Below, piece after piece: positions 17,855-25,874 of a stretch of 31,358 nucleotides of DNA. The notes under the pieces were generated by a model that saw only the letters and a list, made by a program, of their open reading frames with translations, searched no databases and was not told the origin of the DNA. The DNA is from a virus (Duplodnaviria; Caudoviricetes). Position numbers and translations under genes: made by a program. The stretch covers positions 1 through 31,358 of IMG/VR virus record IMGVR_UViG_3300042393_000070; one strand, 5' to 3'. Each line of letters begins with the position of its first letter. The stretch's first letter is position 1.

Positions 17855-17911
17855 AATTTACTTATTTAATTTGTTTACCTTTTTTTACTGTTGTCAACTA
17901 TTCAGCTTTAT

Positions 17912-18553
17912 TTACTTGACTTTTAATAATTCATTTTTAACTATTGCAGTCATTTTATAATTTTTTTCAATAGATGTAATTTTACCTCCATCTTTTATAT
18001 ATTGAATAGCTTTATTAAATTCAGGTGTATTTTTATTCAACCATTTTTTATCGTCTAATCCTGCACTAATTTCTTTTGGCGTTAATGTTTCTGCTTTATC
18101 GTGTTTATTTGATGCATCTGAATCTTGTGTATCGTCAATCAGTAATAAATTACCTAATGCATATTTTTTACCATAAGATGAAGCAGAACCAAATTGCTGT
18201 GGAACTTGCATTCCTTTCTGATTTAAATCTACTCCTACTATTGCAGTTGCTGATATTTCATTTATTCCATTATTATCTAAAATTGTTGCTTTAGATTCAA
18301 TTATTGGAACTGCTGTTGGTGCATTATATTTTCCATTTTTATCTTGTAATTCAATATAAGGAGTATTTTTAAAATCAATTAATACTTCTGATATTATAAA
18401 AGATACACCATACTTTTCATTAAATGGTTTTAATGCTTCTAATATATCTTCAGCACTTCTAAAGTTATATTTACCAAATGAATTGAATTTTGATTTTGAT
18501 GCTTTAAATTCTTTTTGAATTAAAGACAATTTTTGATTTAATGTTAATTCCAT
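17912..18553 (-). CDS. erf: ERF family ssDNA annealing protein
   Basis: FNSFGKYNFRSAEDILEALKP and GSASSYGKKYALGNLLLIDD..DSD. Confidence 0.9.
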   Translation of the reverse strand: MELTLNQKLSLIQKEFKASKSKFNSFGKYNFRSAEDILEALKPFNEKYGVSFIISEVLIDFKNTPYIELQDKNGKYNAPTAVPIIESKATILDNNGINEISATAIVGVDLNQKGMQVPQQFGSASSYGKKYALGNLLLIDDTQDSDASNKHDKAETLTPKEISAGLDDKKWLNKNTPEFNKAIQYIKDGGKITSIEKNYKMTAIVKNELLKVK

Positions 18554-18554
18554 T

Positions 18555-18734
18555 TTATTTTGTTTGAAGGTTATAAAGTTCTTGTTTAATTATTGTCTTG
18601 TATTCTCTTGGACAATTCTCATCAGCTAATTCAAAACAGTAAGTTTCTAATGTTTGAAGATGGTTTTCTAATTTGCAAATTCTATCTTGCATTGCTTCTA
18701 ATCTAAATCTGTTGTAATCTAATAAATCTTTCAT
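18555..18734 (-). CDS. Small coiled-coil protein (59 aa), not in ORF track
   Basis: MKDLLDYNRFRLEAMQDRICKLENHLQTLETYCFELADENCPREYK...; 1-nt gaps to both neighbours. Confidence 0.7.
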   Translation of the reverse strand: MKDLLDYNRFRLEAMQDRICKLENHLQTLETYCFELADENCPREYKTIIKQELYNLQTK

Positions 18735-18735
18735 T

Positions 18736-18822
18736 TTATAAATTTGTTAAAGTTAATACTAAAGTAAAAAATAATCCCCATAAAATAAATGCTAATCCGA
18801 TGTCTTTTAAATTTTGTTTCAT
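18736..18822 (-). CDS. Single-TM peptide (28 aa), first gene of an early operon
   Basis: MKQNLKDIGLAFILWGLFFTLVLTLTNL; ACACAAACAAAATG leader. Confidence 0.6.
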   Translation of the reverse strand: MKQNLKDIGLAFILWGLFFTLVLTLTNL

Positions 18823-18854
18823 TTTGTTTGTGTTTTAAGTTGTTATTTCTTTGG

Positions 18855-18900
18855 CAAATATATAACTGTTTTTCATATAAAAGTGTTAATGAAAAGTTAA
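18855..18900 (-). promoter_or_regulatory. Bacteroidota-type promoter with inverted TTAAC-N6-TTAAC box
   Basis: TATATTTG at 18862-18855; GTTAA at 18885 and 18896. Confidence 0.7.
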
Positions 18901-18912
18901 AGTTTTTAAAAT

Positions 18913-18945
18913 AAAAAAGGGACACTATTTAAAGCATCCCATTTT
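18913..18945 (-). terminator. Intrinsic terminator
   Basis: GGGATGC-TTTAAATA-GTGTCCC plus T6. Confidence 0.8.
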
Positions 18946-18993
18946 CTAACAAACAAAAACAAAAAAAGACTTAAAAGCAGTTCTTAAGGTATG

Positions 18994-19383
18994 CTATCCA
19001 AGTTCAATCAACTTATTATTATAATATTCAATTATTTCAACCAAATCAACGTCTGTAAATTTAACCATTTTTTGGGATTTTATATAAAGTTCTTCTGGAA
19101 AGTTTTCACCATATTGTAAACAAAGATATTTAGTATATAAGTAAATTTCACCTGCCCTAAATACATTGCAACCTGCACATTGAACGTTGCAGTTTTGCTC
19201 ATCCCATCTTGTTGAATAATGCCTTCTACTTGCCCAATGACCATTTTGAAGTTTTGACCAATGACTTTTTTTACCACAAGTAACACAAGTAGCAATTTCA
19301 TCAATAGCATCTTTACGTCTTATATATTGACTAAATACTGTATCAAGTTTAGTTACTAATGATTTGCGTGTTGGTTTTTTCAT
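18994..19383 (-). CDS. ninG: NinG/Rap-family recombination endonuclease
   Basis: LDTVFSQYIR, CVTCG, NGHWASR, TRWDEQNCNVQCAGCN. Confidence 0.88.
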   Translation of the reverse strand: MKKPTRKSLVTKLDTVFSQYIRRKDAIDEIATCVTCGKKSHWSKLQNGHWASRRHYSTRWDEQNCNVQCAGCNVFRAGEIYLYTKYLCLQYGENFPEELYIKSQKMVKFTDVDLVEIIEYYNNKLIELG

Positions 19384-19885
19384 ATTTAGTACAAATATAT
19401 TTTATTTGAATATTATTTAAATTAAACCATTCACCTCTTAATCTATTTTCTTTATAAGAGTCGTGTAATATTTTTTCAATATCTTCATTAAAAACTTTAA
19501 TAATTGCAATATTAGGATTTTCAGATTGAAGTGTTTTTTCTCTTATTTTAGGATTTCTACTTTTACCTATTTTATAAAATCCTGTATTATAATCTTTAAT
19601 TATATAAGTTTTATAAGTTGTAGTTGTTTTAATTTCGTTTATTATTCTATTTATTTGTATGTCAAATTTCTTGTCATTTAAATAAACTTTATTTTTTAAT
19701 TTAGAATATAATATTTTAAATATTTCTTTTTTATAAAAATCATTTTTTGTATTAATGTATTTTTCTAAATAAGAATTTCCATCTAAAAAGAAAGGAAAAG
19801 AATATTCTTTATTTTTATATAAATAACCAACACTACATATATCTATATCAGTTTGATTTAATAGCTTTACATTTACCATTTCCAT
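19349..19885 (-). CDS. GIY-YIG protein, T5orf172/MUG113-like
   Basis: TYII...YKIGKSRNPKIREKTLQ...EKILH...RLRGEWF. Confidence 0.85.
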   Translation of the reverse strand: MEMVNVKLLNQTDIDICSVGYLYKNKEYSFPFFLDGNSYLEKYINTKNDFYKKEIFKILYSKLKNKVYLNDKKFDIQINRIINEIKTTTTYKTYIIKDYNTGFYKIGKSRNPKIREKTLQSENPNIAIIKVFNEDIEKILHDSYKENRLRGEWFNLNNIQIKYICTKYEKTNTQIISN

Positions 19886-19905
19886 ATTTACTTTGTTTTA
19901 TAATA

Positions 19906-19913
19906 CAAATATA
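19906..19913 (-). promoter_or_regulatory. Bacteroidota -7 promoter element
   Basis: TATATTTG 21 nt upstream of the ATG at 19885. Confidence 0.55.
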
Positions 19914-20001
19914 AATAAATGTTATTAACAATCTTGTTTAAAAGTTTTTAAATCAAAGTTGATTTTTTTTATATACCTTCGTGGAGTCGAAATTAATATA
20001 T

Positions 20002-20148
20002 ATGAAAGTAAAGTTTAAAATAAAAAACGAAAAAGATAGATTAAGAGAATTTATAAAAGAATTTAAAAGTGTAGAACATTTAAACAATTATAGAAATACT
20101 TTAATTAAAACTAATTGCTTTATTTTTAAAGAAACCTATCTACCTTGA
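20002..20148 (+). CDS. Small basic protein (48 aa), only plausible plus-strand gene
   Basis: MKVKFKIKNEKDRLREFIKEFKSVEHLNNYRNTL...; occupies otherwise empty DNA; TACCTTCG upstream at 19974-19981. Confidence 0.5.
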   Translation: MKVKFKIKNEKDRLREFIKEFKSVEHLNNYRNTLIKTNCFIFKETYLP

Positions 20149-20270
20149 CCTTTGTACTTCTTTTGATAATTTTTAGAAGATTTTAATTTAGAAGATTTTG
20201 TTTTGGAATGTACTCCAGGTCTTGAAATATTAGTTTCTATACGGGTAGAAACCACCGTCTGTTTTGCCAT
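20136..20270 (-). CDS. Small highly basic peptide (44 aa) ending KKYKGQGR
   Basis: MAKQ...RPGVHSKTKSSKLKSSKNYQKKYKGQGR; not in ORF track. Confidence 0.75.
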   Translation of the reverse strand: MAKQTVVSTRIETNISRPGVHSKTKSSKLKSSKNYQKKYKGQGR

Positions 20271-20737
20271 ACTAAATAAATTATAATTATAATTAATGTT
20301 GGAATAAAATATAAAAAATAATTAGCTTTTTTTTCTATTTCCTTTTTCTTTTCTTTTACCTCAACTTTTGTAGTTTGTTGTTTATCTTCAATTTTAGACA
20401 CTTTTATATCTTCTTTGTGTAAACTATTATCTTTTGTATTTATGTGCCTTAAAACAACGTTTTTGTACGTTATACCGTTTACTACAATATCTTTACAAGT
20501 ATCTAATGGAGTTATTATAAATTCATTTGTTACAATATCATTTTTAGTTTCAATTTTAATGTCTTCTTTCGTCTCTATTTTAGTGTAAATTTGGGACAAA
20601 GAATCTTTCTTAACTTCTTCTATTATTACTTTTCTTGTTGAACAAGATGATAATATAGTAATTGAAATAGTTGCTAATAAAACTGATAACCAAAAAGTAA
20701 TAACCCCTTTATTTCGTGAAATAATTGTCTGCTTCAA
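20237..20737 (-). CDS. Putative unimolecular spanin
   Basis: Signal peptide with lipobox LSSC plus C-terminal TM helix YFLYFIPTLIIIIIYLVW; follows endolysin. Confidence 0.75.
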   Translation of the reverse strand: MKQTIISRNKGVITFWLSVLLATISITILSSCSTRKVIIEEVKKDSLSQIYTKIETKEDIKIETKNDIVTNEFIITPLDTCKDIVVNGITYKNVVLRHINTKDNSLHKEDIKVSKIEDKQQTTKVEVKEKKKEIEKKANYFLYFIPTLIIIIIYLVWQNRRWFLPV

Positions 20738-21158
20738 TTTGTCGTCTTTTAGTTAAACCTGCTAATTTTTTAGTGCCTACTTTATCCCATTTTAAAAACT
20801 CTGTACGTATAGCTGGGTCATTATGATTTGAATTTACTTTCTTTAATAATGTGCTTCTCATAAAATTTGCCACTCCAACATTGTAAGCAAAAGATACTAA
20901 AGAATTGAAAGAATTTTGAGTTAATGGTTGTGTAACACATTTAGAAACTCTTTTAGCAAAATTATCTGCAATGTCTTTAAACATATCAAATGCTTCTGCT
21001 TTAGTTATTGACTTATCAATCATAGTAACTTTTTTACCATCTTTGTAAAATGTATTACCATATCCAATAGTAGCTAATTTAGCAGGGCATAAATATGGTT
21101 TAGCACTAAAGCCTTCAAACTCACAAATCAACATATAGCCTTTATTGTCCAGTTTCAT
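20709..21158 (-). CDS. Endolysin, GH24 lysozyme
   Basis: EFEG...YLCPA..ATIGYG, SFAYNVG, STLLKK, GLTKRRQIE. Confidence 0.93.
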   Translation of the reverse strand: MKLDNKGYMLICEFEGFSAKPYLCPAKLATIGYGNTFYKDGKKVTMIDKSITKAEAFDMFKDIADNFAKRVSKCVTQPLTQNSFNSLVSFAYNVGVANFMRSTLLKKVNSNHNDPAIRTEFLKWDKVGTKKLAGLTKRRQIEADNYFTK

Positions 21159-21448
21159 TTTGATAAAAGTTTTATAATTGTACCTACTAATCCAGCAGTT
21201 AATAATCCTGCAACAAATTTCAACTGTCCGATATAAACGGACTTTTTAGCCATATCTAATTCAATAAACTCTAACTTTTCTTTTAGTGATTCTATGTCGT
21301 GTTTAATGGAATCAATATCAGAAATAACACCTTTATTACCATTTACTTTTGAACCAATGAGTGCAGAAGAAATATATTGTAAATCTTCTTTTATAAGTCG
21401 AAGGTGTTGTTCCATTCGGTCTAATCTTTCTTTGTCTTGAAATTCCAT
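21155..21448 (-). CDS. Coiled-coil protein with C-terminal TM helix (lysis/holin-associated)
   Basis: Heptad pattern then FVAGLLTAGLVGTII; directly upstream of endolysin. Confidence 0.55.
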   Translation of the reverse strand: MEFQDKERLDRMEQHLRLIKEDLQYISSALIGSKVNGNKGVISDIDSIKHDIESLKEKLEFIELDMAKKSVYIGQLKFVAGLLTAGLVGTIIKLLSK

Positions 21449-21449
21449 T

Positions 21450-21632
21450 CTAATTCTTTAATTTTGCAACTATATCCGTAAATCCTTGAATGCTTACATA
21501 AGCAGTTGCTATTATTACCCAATCTTGAGAAGTTAAATCTCCAGCGAATAATCCACAACAAGCTATTACAAACACCATTAATTTGCGTGATATAAATTTG
21601 CTTAAAATTCTATCTAAATTTTCTTTACTCAT
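21450..21632 (-). CDS. Putative holin (2 TM, 60 aa)
   Basis: SRKLMVFVIACCGLF and WVIIATAYVSIQG. Confidence 0.6.
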   Translation of the reverse strand: MSKENLDRILSKFISRKLMVFVIACCGLFAGDLTSQDWVIIATAYVSIQGFTDIVAKLKN

Positions 21633-21805
21633 AATTCAACAGGTTCTCCTAATACTTCTTCTAATCTATCAGCTTCTAAATACCAAAATCCATCGCCTTC
21701 TTGAATGTCTGTCCATCTTAATGTTTCACCACAAGGCAATCCAAAATAAGTATTTACTATTTCTAAAGATGCTTGTGCTTCTTCTAATGTGTTGTATTTA
21801 TACAT
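21629..21805 (-). CDS. Small acidic protein after receptor-binding gene (possible fibre chaperone)
   Basis: Start probably MYKYNTLEEAQ at 21805, just after the upstream stop. Confidence 0.55.
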   Translation of the reverse strand: MYKYNTLEEAQASLEIVNTYFGLPCGETLRWTDIQEGDGFWYLEADRLEEVLGEPVEL

Positions 21806-21807
21806 AA

Positions 21808-22791
21808 TTAATATATTGTCCAATAACTGTTAATATTTGTTTCTTTTTCTAATCTGTTTAAGTTTGATTGCCATCCAATGATTTCTTGGATATATCCATC
21901 AAAATAGTTTGTACCTCCTGTACCTACTTGTATATTTGTACTTGCACCACTTGCTATTGCAACTGTTCCTTGTGATGCCCCATTTGTAAATCCTTGTACT
22001 AATGTTGTGCTTCCAGGTAATGGAGACATTAATTCATATAGTTTTCTATTTGTGCTAAATCCAGAGTCTAATAATATTGCTGAGGCAGTTCCTCCATAAC
22101 CAGCTGATACACTTCCACTAATAAGCGCTGGTAAATAAAATCTATTAACTGTTGCTAATGCATATCCAATTTGAGTACCTGTACTGCTAAAAAATGCTCC
22201 AACCCAATAACTTGACATATTATTTATATTTGCAGTAGTGTCTGCTATTTGTAATCTTGTTGATGATGTTTTAATAAATCTAACTGCTACTTTTCCGCCT
22301 GACCTTTCTAAATCAGCAGTTATTGAACTTACTAATCTTGGTTGATTTCCTGCGGTTGCTTGAGTTGGGTTTTTATTATTACCGCTTTGGTCATACCACG
22401 TTACTACAAATATATTTTGATTAGCAGTTACTCCAGCATCCGGAGTTCCATATCCAGCTATTGCAGCAAACTGACCTAAAGTAGTTGCAGTTGTAACAGT
22501 TCCTGAAGCATAAGTTATAGGACTGTTTAAAGTAATTGTTCCATTTGAATTAAATCCTACATTGACTTCAGTAGAAGTTCCTGATGTTCTTCTAACTCTT
22601 AAACAAAATCCTGTATAAGCAGTTCTTACTTTTCTTAATGAATAAGCGTGATGAACAGAAGTAGGATATAAATCTAAAACAGGAGGTGTATTTACATAAA
22701 AATAATCATACCCAATATATCCACTATGAATATTAGTTGAACCTATTTTTAAACTTGTATCTGCATTTACTAATCCAATTTCTATTGCCAT
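21808..22791 (-). CDS. Putative receptor-binding protein with arabinofuranosidase-B-like/ConA-type beta-sandwich
   Basis: AYSLRK..AYTG.CLRVRR, VVTWYDQSGN, QATAGNQP, FDGYIQEII. Confidence 0.65.
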   Translation of the reverse strand: MAIEIGLVNADTSLKIGSTNIHSGYIGYDYFYVNTPPVLDLYPTSVHHAYSLRKVRTAYTGFCLRVRRTSGTSTEVNVGFNSNGTITLNSPITYASGTVTTATTLGQFAAIAGYGTPDAGVTANQNIFVVTWYDQSGNNKNPTQATAGNQPRLVSSITADLERSGGKVAVRFIKTSSTRLQIADTTANINNMSSYWVGAFFSSTGTQIGYALATVNRFYLPALISGSVSAGYGGTASAILLDSGFSTNRKLYELMSPLPGSTTLVQGFTNGASQGTVAIASGASTNIQVGTGGTNYFDGYIQEIIGWQSNLNRLEKETNINSYWTIY

Positions 22792-22794
22792 AAT

Positions 22795-25038
22795 TTATGC
22801 AGTTATAAAATATAAAGTTGTAGTACTAACAGTTCCAGCAGTTACAAAAGCATTATATTGAGCAGTAGTTACAGTAGCTATATTTGCAGTTCCAAATGTA
22901 TCTTGTGAACTTACAGCTACACCTGATGCACCCGCCACAACCGCACAAGCAGCTTCAACGTATGCAGTAGTAGCTAATCTTGTTGAATTATTTAAAGGTG
23001 TTTGAGTAGTTGCAGTTGGATTGCCTGTAAAAGCAGGAGATGCTAATGGAGCTTTTGCTGCTAAATCAGTTGTTAAATTTGTAACTTGTGCTTGTGTAAT
23101 AGTTGGAATATCTGTTGCTATTAATGAAGTTCCAGCAGTTACTAATCCTTTACTATCATAAGTTATTTTAGTATTTGTCGCTCCTGTTATAGCAGCGTTT
23201 TTAACAACTAAATTACTTAAGTCTTGGTCACCTGTATTTGTTCCACTTGTGTTTTCTAATACTGTAAATTTAGCAGGTTTTAATAACCCAGCATTTGTTG
23301 CGTCAGCTAACGGTAATGTAGCATCAGTTCCTGTATCACTAACTACAATTCCATTTGTAGGTGAAGGAGTATAGGTTAAATTAGTTGCTCCTCCATATTG
23401 TGGAATATTTAAAGTTGCACCTGTTAAAGTAGCTGCTCCACTTGTACCTGTTGTGGTTAATGATATTGTAGCTTGTTTAGAATTTAATTGTGTTTGTATT
23501 GCACTTGTAACTCCCTTTACATAAGTTAATTCATTAAGACTTGGATAAGTAGTTGTTGTAAGACCGCTAACTATACCACTTGAACCAACACTTAATATTA
23601 ATTGACTACCTGTAGCAGGAATTATAATATTAGAGCTAAATGTTTTTGTGCCTGCAATAGTTTCAGAACCTGTTAAATGTACTACACTTGCATCATTGGC
23701 TTTTAAGTCTAATTGACTTTTAACCACTACATCTGTACTTGCTGTTCCTGCTGTGGCTGTTATTTTACCATCGTTTTGTACTGCTGATTTTAATACTCCT
23801 CCTTTTTTAAAATTAGCAATATTACCACTAATTGAGTCTGTTTCAAAACTTCCAGCCACTCCTTCTTCTGAATATCCATTAACACCTATTCCTGCTCCAG
23901 AATATCCATTAACACCTATTCCTGTTGTAGAAAAAGCATCTATTCCTTTTCCACTATCAGAAATTCCAACTACTCCTATTCCTGTACCCGATTGTCCAGT
24001 AATGGCATTTGAAGCTCCAACACCAGATACATTTATAGGATTTGTAGTAGATGCATTTATAGTAGTTACTTCTTGCAACCCCATTGATTTATTTTTCCAA
24101 AGTTGGGTAGATGTTTCGTAAATTAAACTTTGATTATTTAATAAATTGGTTGTTTGTACATTATGTAATTCATCTAATTCATAACCATTATCTACCTTAA
24201 CAAAAATAGTTCCTTGTGTTATATGTGCAGAGATTACATATCCAATAATTATTAAATGATTAGGTGCTACTGGCTTTACTTTTGTAATACTACCTGCTAT
24301 TGTTGGACTTAAATAAAGAATATCACCATCTAACCAAGTTTCACCTTGCAGACTTCCAGTTGTATTGATATTTCTAACTAATCCACTTGTTGTTATAAAT
24401 CCCTCTTGATTATTTGCTATTGTTTCAGTTACTAATCCAATAGTTTCAGCACTTAAAACATCATTTGTAGCTTGTGCTAAATCTACTTTTGGTCTTTGAC
24501 CTTGTGCTCCTGTTATCCTTACCGCCTGATAATTGTCTTGTAATAGACTTACACTCGTGGCTGTTTTATTAACCACCCGTATGACAGTTTCTTGCCCAAC
24601 TTGTAAAGTAACATTTCCACCTTTTAATATTAAATCTAATGTTCCGTCTGCATCATTATAATAAACAGAACCAGCAGTAGTAGGTATATTAGTAGGTGTA
24701 TTATCAAATTCTAAATTTCCTAATTGAATACCAAACTCTCCTAAATTTACATCAGATGTTGCCCCTGTATATGGAACTGAATTTGCTATTTTTGTCTTTT
24801 CAGCAGGAGTTAATAAACCTGCATTTGTACCATCAGCTAATGGTATAGTTGCACCACTACCTGTACTACTTGTAACTGTTCCATTTGTAGGAGTTGCTAT
24901 ATATGCTAAATCAGTAGCACCACCACCTCCACCACCTGTAACTTGATTGATATTTACAGTAGTTAAATTAGGATTTACAGTTATTGCAACAGTTTCGGTT
25001 GTTTCGTAAACATTAATATCTATTATATCGTTTGCCAT
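22795..25038 (-). CDS. Tail fibre protein (747 aa)
   Basis: Thr/Gly-rich; fibre modules VVHLTGSETIAGTKTF, KITYDSKGLVTAG and APLASPAFTGNPTA...LATTAYV. Confidence 0.8.
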   Translation of the reverse strand: MANDIIDINVYETTETVAITVNPNLTTVNINQVTGGGGGGATDLAYIATPTNGTVTSSTGSGATIPLADGTNAGLLTPAEKTKIANSVPYTGATSDVNLGEFGIQLGNLEFDNTPTNIPTTAGSVYYNDADGTLDLILKGGNVTLQVGQETVIRVVNKTATSVSLLQDNYQAVRITGAQGQRPKVDLAQATNDVLSAETIGLVTETIANNQEGFITTSGLVRNINTTGSLQGETWLDGDILYLSPTIAGSITKVKPVAPNHLIIIGYVISAHITQGTIFVKVDNGYELDELHNVQTTNLLNNQSLIYETSTQLWKNKSMGLQEVTTINASTTNPINVSGVGASNAITGQSGTGIGVVGISDSGKGIDAFSTTGIGVNGYSGAGIGVNGYSEEGVAGSFETDSISGNIANFKKGGVLKSAVQNDGKITATAGTASTDVVVKSQLDLKANDASVVHLTGSETIAGTKTFSSNIIIPATGSQLILSVGSSGIVSGLTTTTYPSLNELTYVKGVTSAIQTQLNSKQATISLTTTGTSGAATLTGATLNIPQYGGATNLTYTPSPTNGIVVSDTGTDATLPLADATNAGLLKPAKFTVLENTSGTNTGDQDLSNLVVKNAAITGATNTKITYDSKGLVTAGTSLIATDIPTITQAQVTNLTTDLAAKAPLASPAFTGNPTATTQTPLNNSTRLATTAYVEAACAVVAGASGVAVSSQDTFGTANIATVTTAQYNAFVTAGTVSTTTLYFITA
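23272..23388 (-). repeat. 39-aa internal fibre repeat, copy 2 (copy 1 at 24802-24918)
   Basis: ATNLTYTPSPTNG...PLADATNAGLLKPA vs ATDLAYIATPTNG...PLADGTNAGLLTPA. Confidence 0.85.
23870..23924. repeat. 25-bp exact repeat with 30-bp period (GIGVNGYS twice)
   Basis: gaatatccattaacacctattcctg at 23870 and 23900. Confidence 0.9.
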
Positions 25039-25373
25039 TATCGAGTTACATCATTAGTTATTGAAAAGTTTCCACTTATGTATGTTTTAACAGTACCATC
25101 TGCTTTTATTAATTCAATATCATAAATGTAATTATAAGCATCTAAATTTATTATTTGCCTATTAATTTTAAATAAACCTGTAGCAGCATTTGTAATTGTT
25201 ATTCCAGCACTTGCAACAGATGTTAATGAAAGAAATATTACACCTCCATATTCTTTTCTTAATTGCATTCTTAATGTACAACCTGTTAAGTTTAAAGCAA
25301 CTGAATTAACAAGCATTTGAAAGTTTACTAATTCAAATGTATCTCCCTTTATGTGTGTAAAATCTAAAGCCAT
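25038..25373 (-). CDS. Small beta-sandwich tail/baseplate protein (BppU N-terminal-like)
   Basis: KGDTF, NLTGCTLRMQLR, YIYDIEL, TYISGNF..DVTR. Confidence 0.6.
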   Translation of the reverse strand: MALDFTHIKGDTFELVNFQMLVNSVALNLTGCTLRMQLRKEYGGVIFLSLTSVASAGITITNAATGLFKINRQIINLDAYNYIYDIELIKADGTVKTYISGNFSITNDVTR

Positions 25374-25459
25374 TATTTGTCTTTATTTAGTTTGTTTAAA
25401 AATACCTCTAACTTTTTTACGTTAGTTTCTTTTGGCTTGTATGTTTCTTTTTTATTCAT
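25373..25459 (-). CDS. Small basic peptide (28 aa), not in ORF track
   Basis: MNKKETYKPKETNVKKLEVFLNKLNKDK; ATGA and TAATG overlaps. Confidence 0.55.
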   Translation of the reverse strand: MNKKETYKPKETNVKKLEVFLNKLNKDK

Positions 25460-25857
25460 TTTTTTTGATAATTTAACAAACCATTTTTTACTGCGTGTAA
25501 ATGATTTTCATAATTTGTAACCCATTCCAAATTTTCAAGTCTATTATCTGTTTTTATACAATTAATATGATTAACTTGTTTTTTGTTTTCTATATTTTCT
25601 ATAAAAGATTTTGCAACTAACTGATGTACTAAATGATTTTTTTTAATACCATCAATATTTAATGTACATCTACAATATCCTTTTGGAGTTATCCAAAAAG
25701 AAATTAATTTTCCTTTGTAAGTATAAAAATCTTTTTTGGTAGGAATAAAAGGATTTGTCATTTCTATTTTCCTTGTAATACTTTTTACCCTACCTAAATT
25801 ACTTACTTCATAATAGCCATTGTATCCACTTATTGGCTTCCAAATTTCTGTTTGCAT
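25456..25857 (-). CDS. NUMOD4-HNH homing endonuclease
   Basis: EIWKPI.GY..YEVSNLGRVKS; VHQLVA...VNHIN..KTDNRLENLEWVT..EN..H. Confidence 0.92.
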   Translation of the reverse strand: MQTEIWKPISGYNGYYEVSNLGRVKSITRKIEMTNPFIPTKKDFYTYKGKLISFWITPKGYCRCTLNIDGIKKNHLVHQLVAKSFIENIENKKQVNHINCIKTDNRLENLEWVTNYENHLHAVKNGLLNYQKK

Positions 25858-25874
25858 ACGCTTTTTTATTTATG

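Noticed and set aside
18731-18925. 64-aa minus-strand ORF
   Set aside because: It starts in a terminator, runs through a promoter and overlaps the better-supported 28-aa ORF
19080-19310. 76-aa alternative-frame ORF inside ninG
   Set aside because: No motif or start context; fully nested in a conserved gene
23870-23924. CRISPR-like repeat
   Set aside because: Only two copies with a 5-nt spacer, in frame within the fibre gene
21808-25038. Diversity-generating retroelement or invertible fibre cassette
   Set aside because: No reverse transcriptase or site-specific recombinase; repeat differences are not adenine-specific
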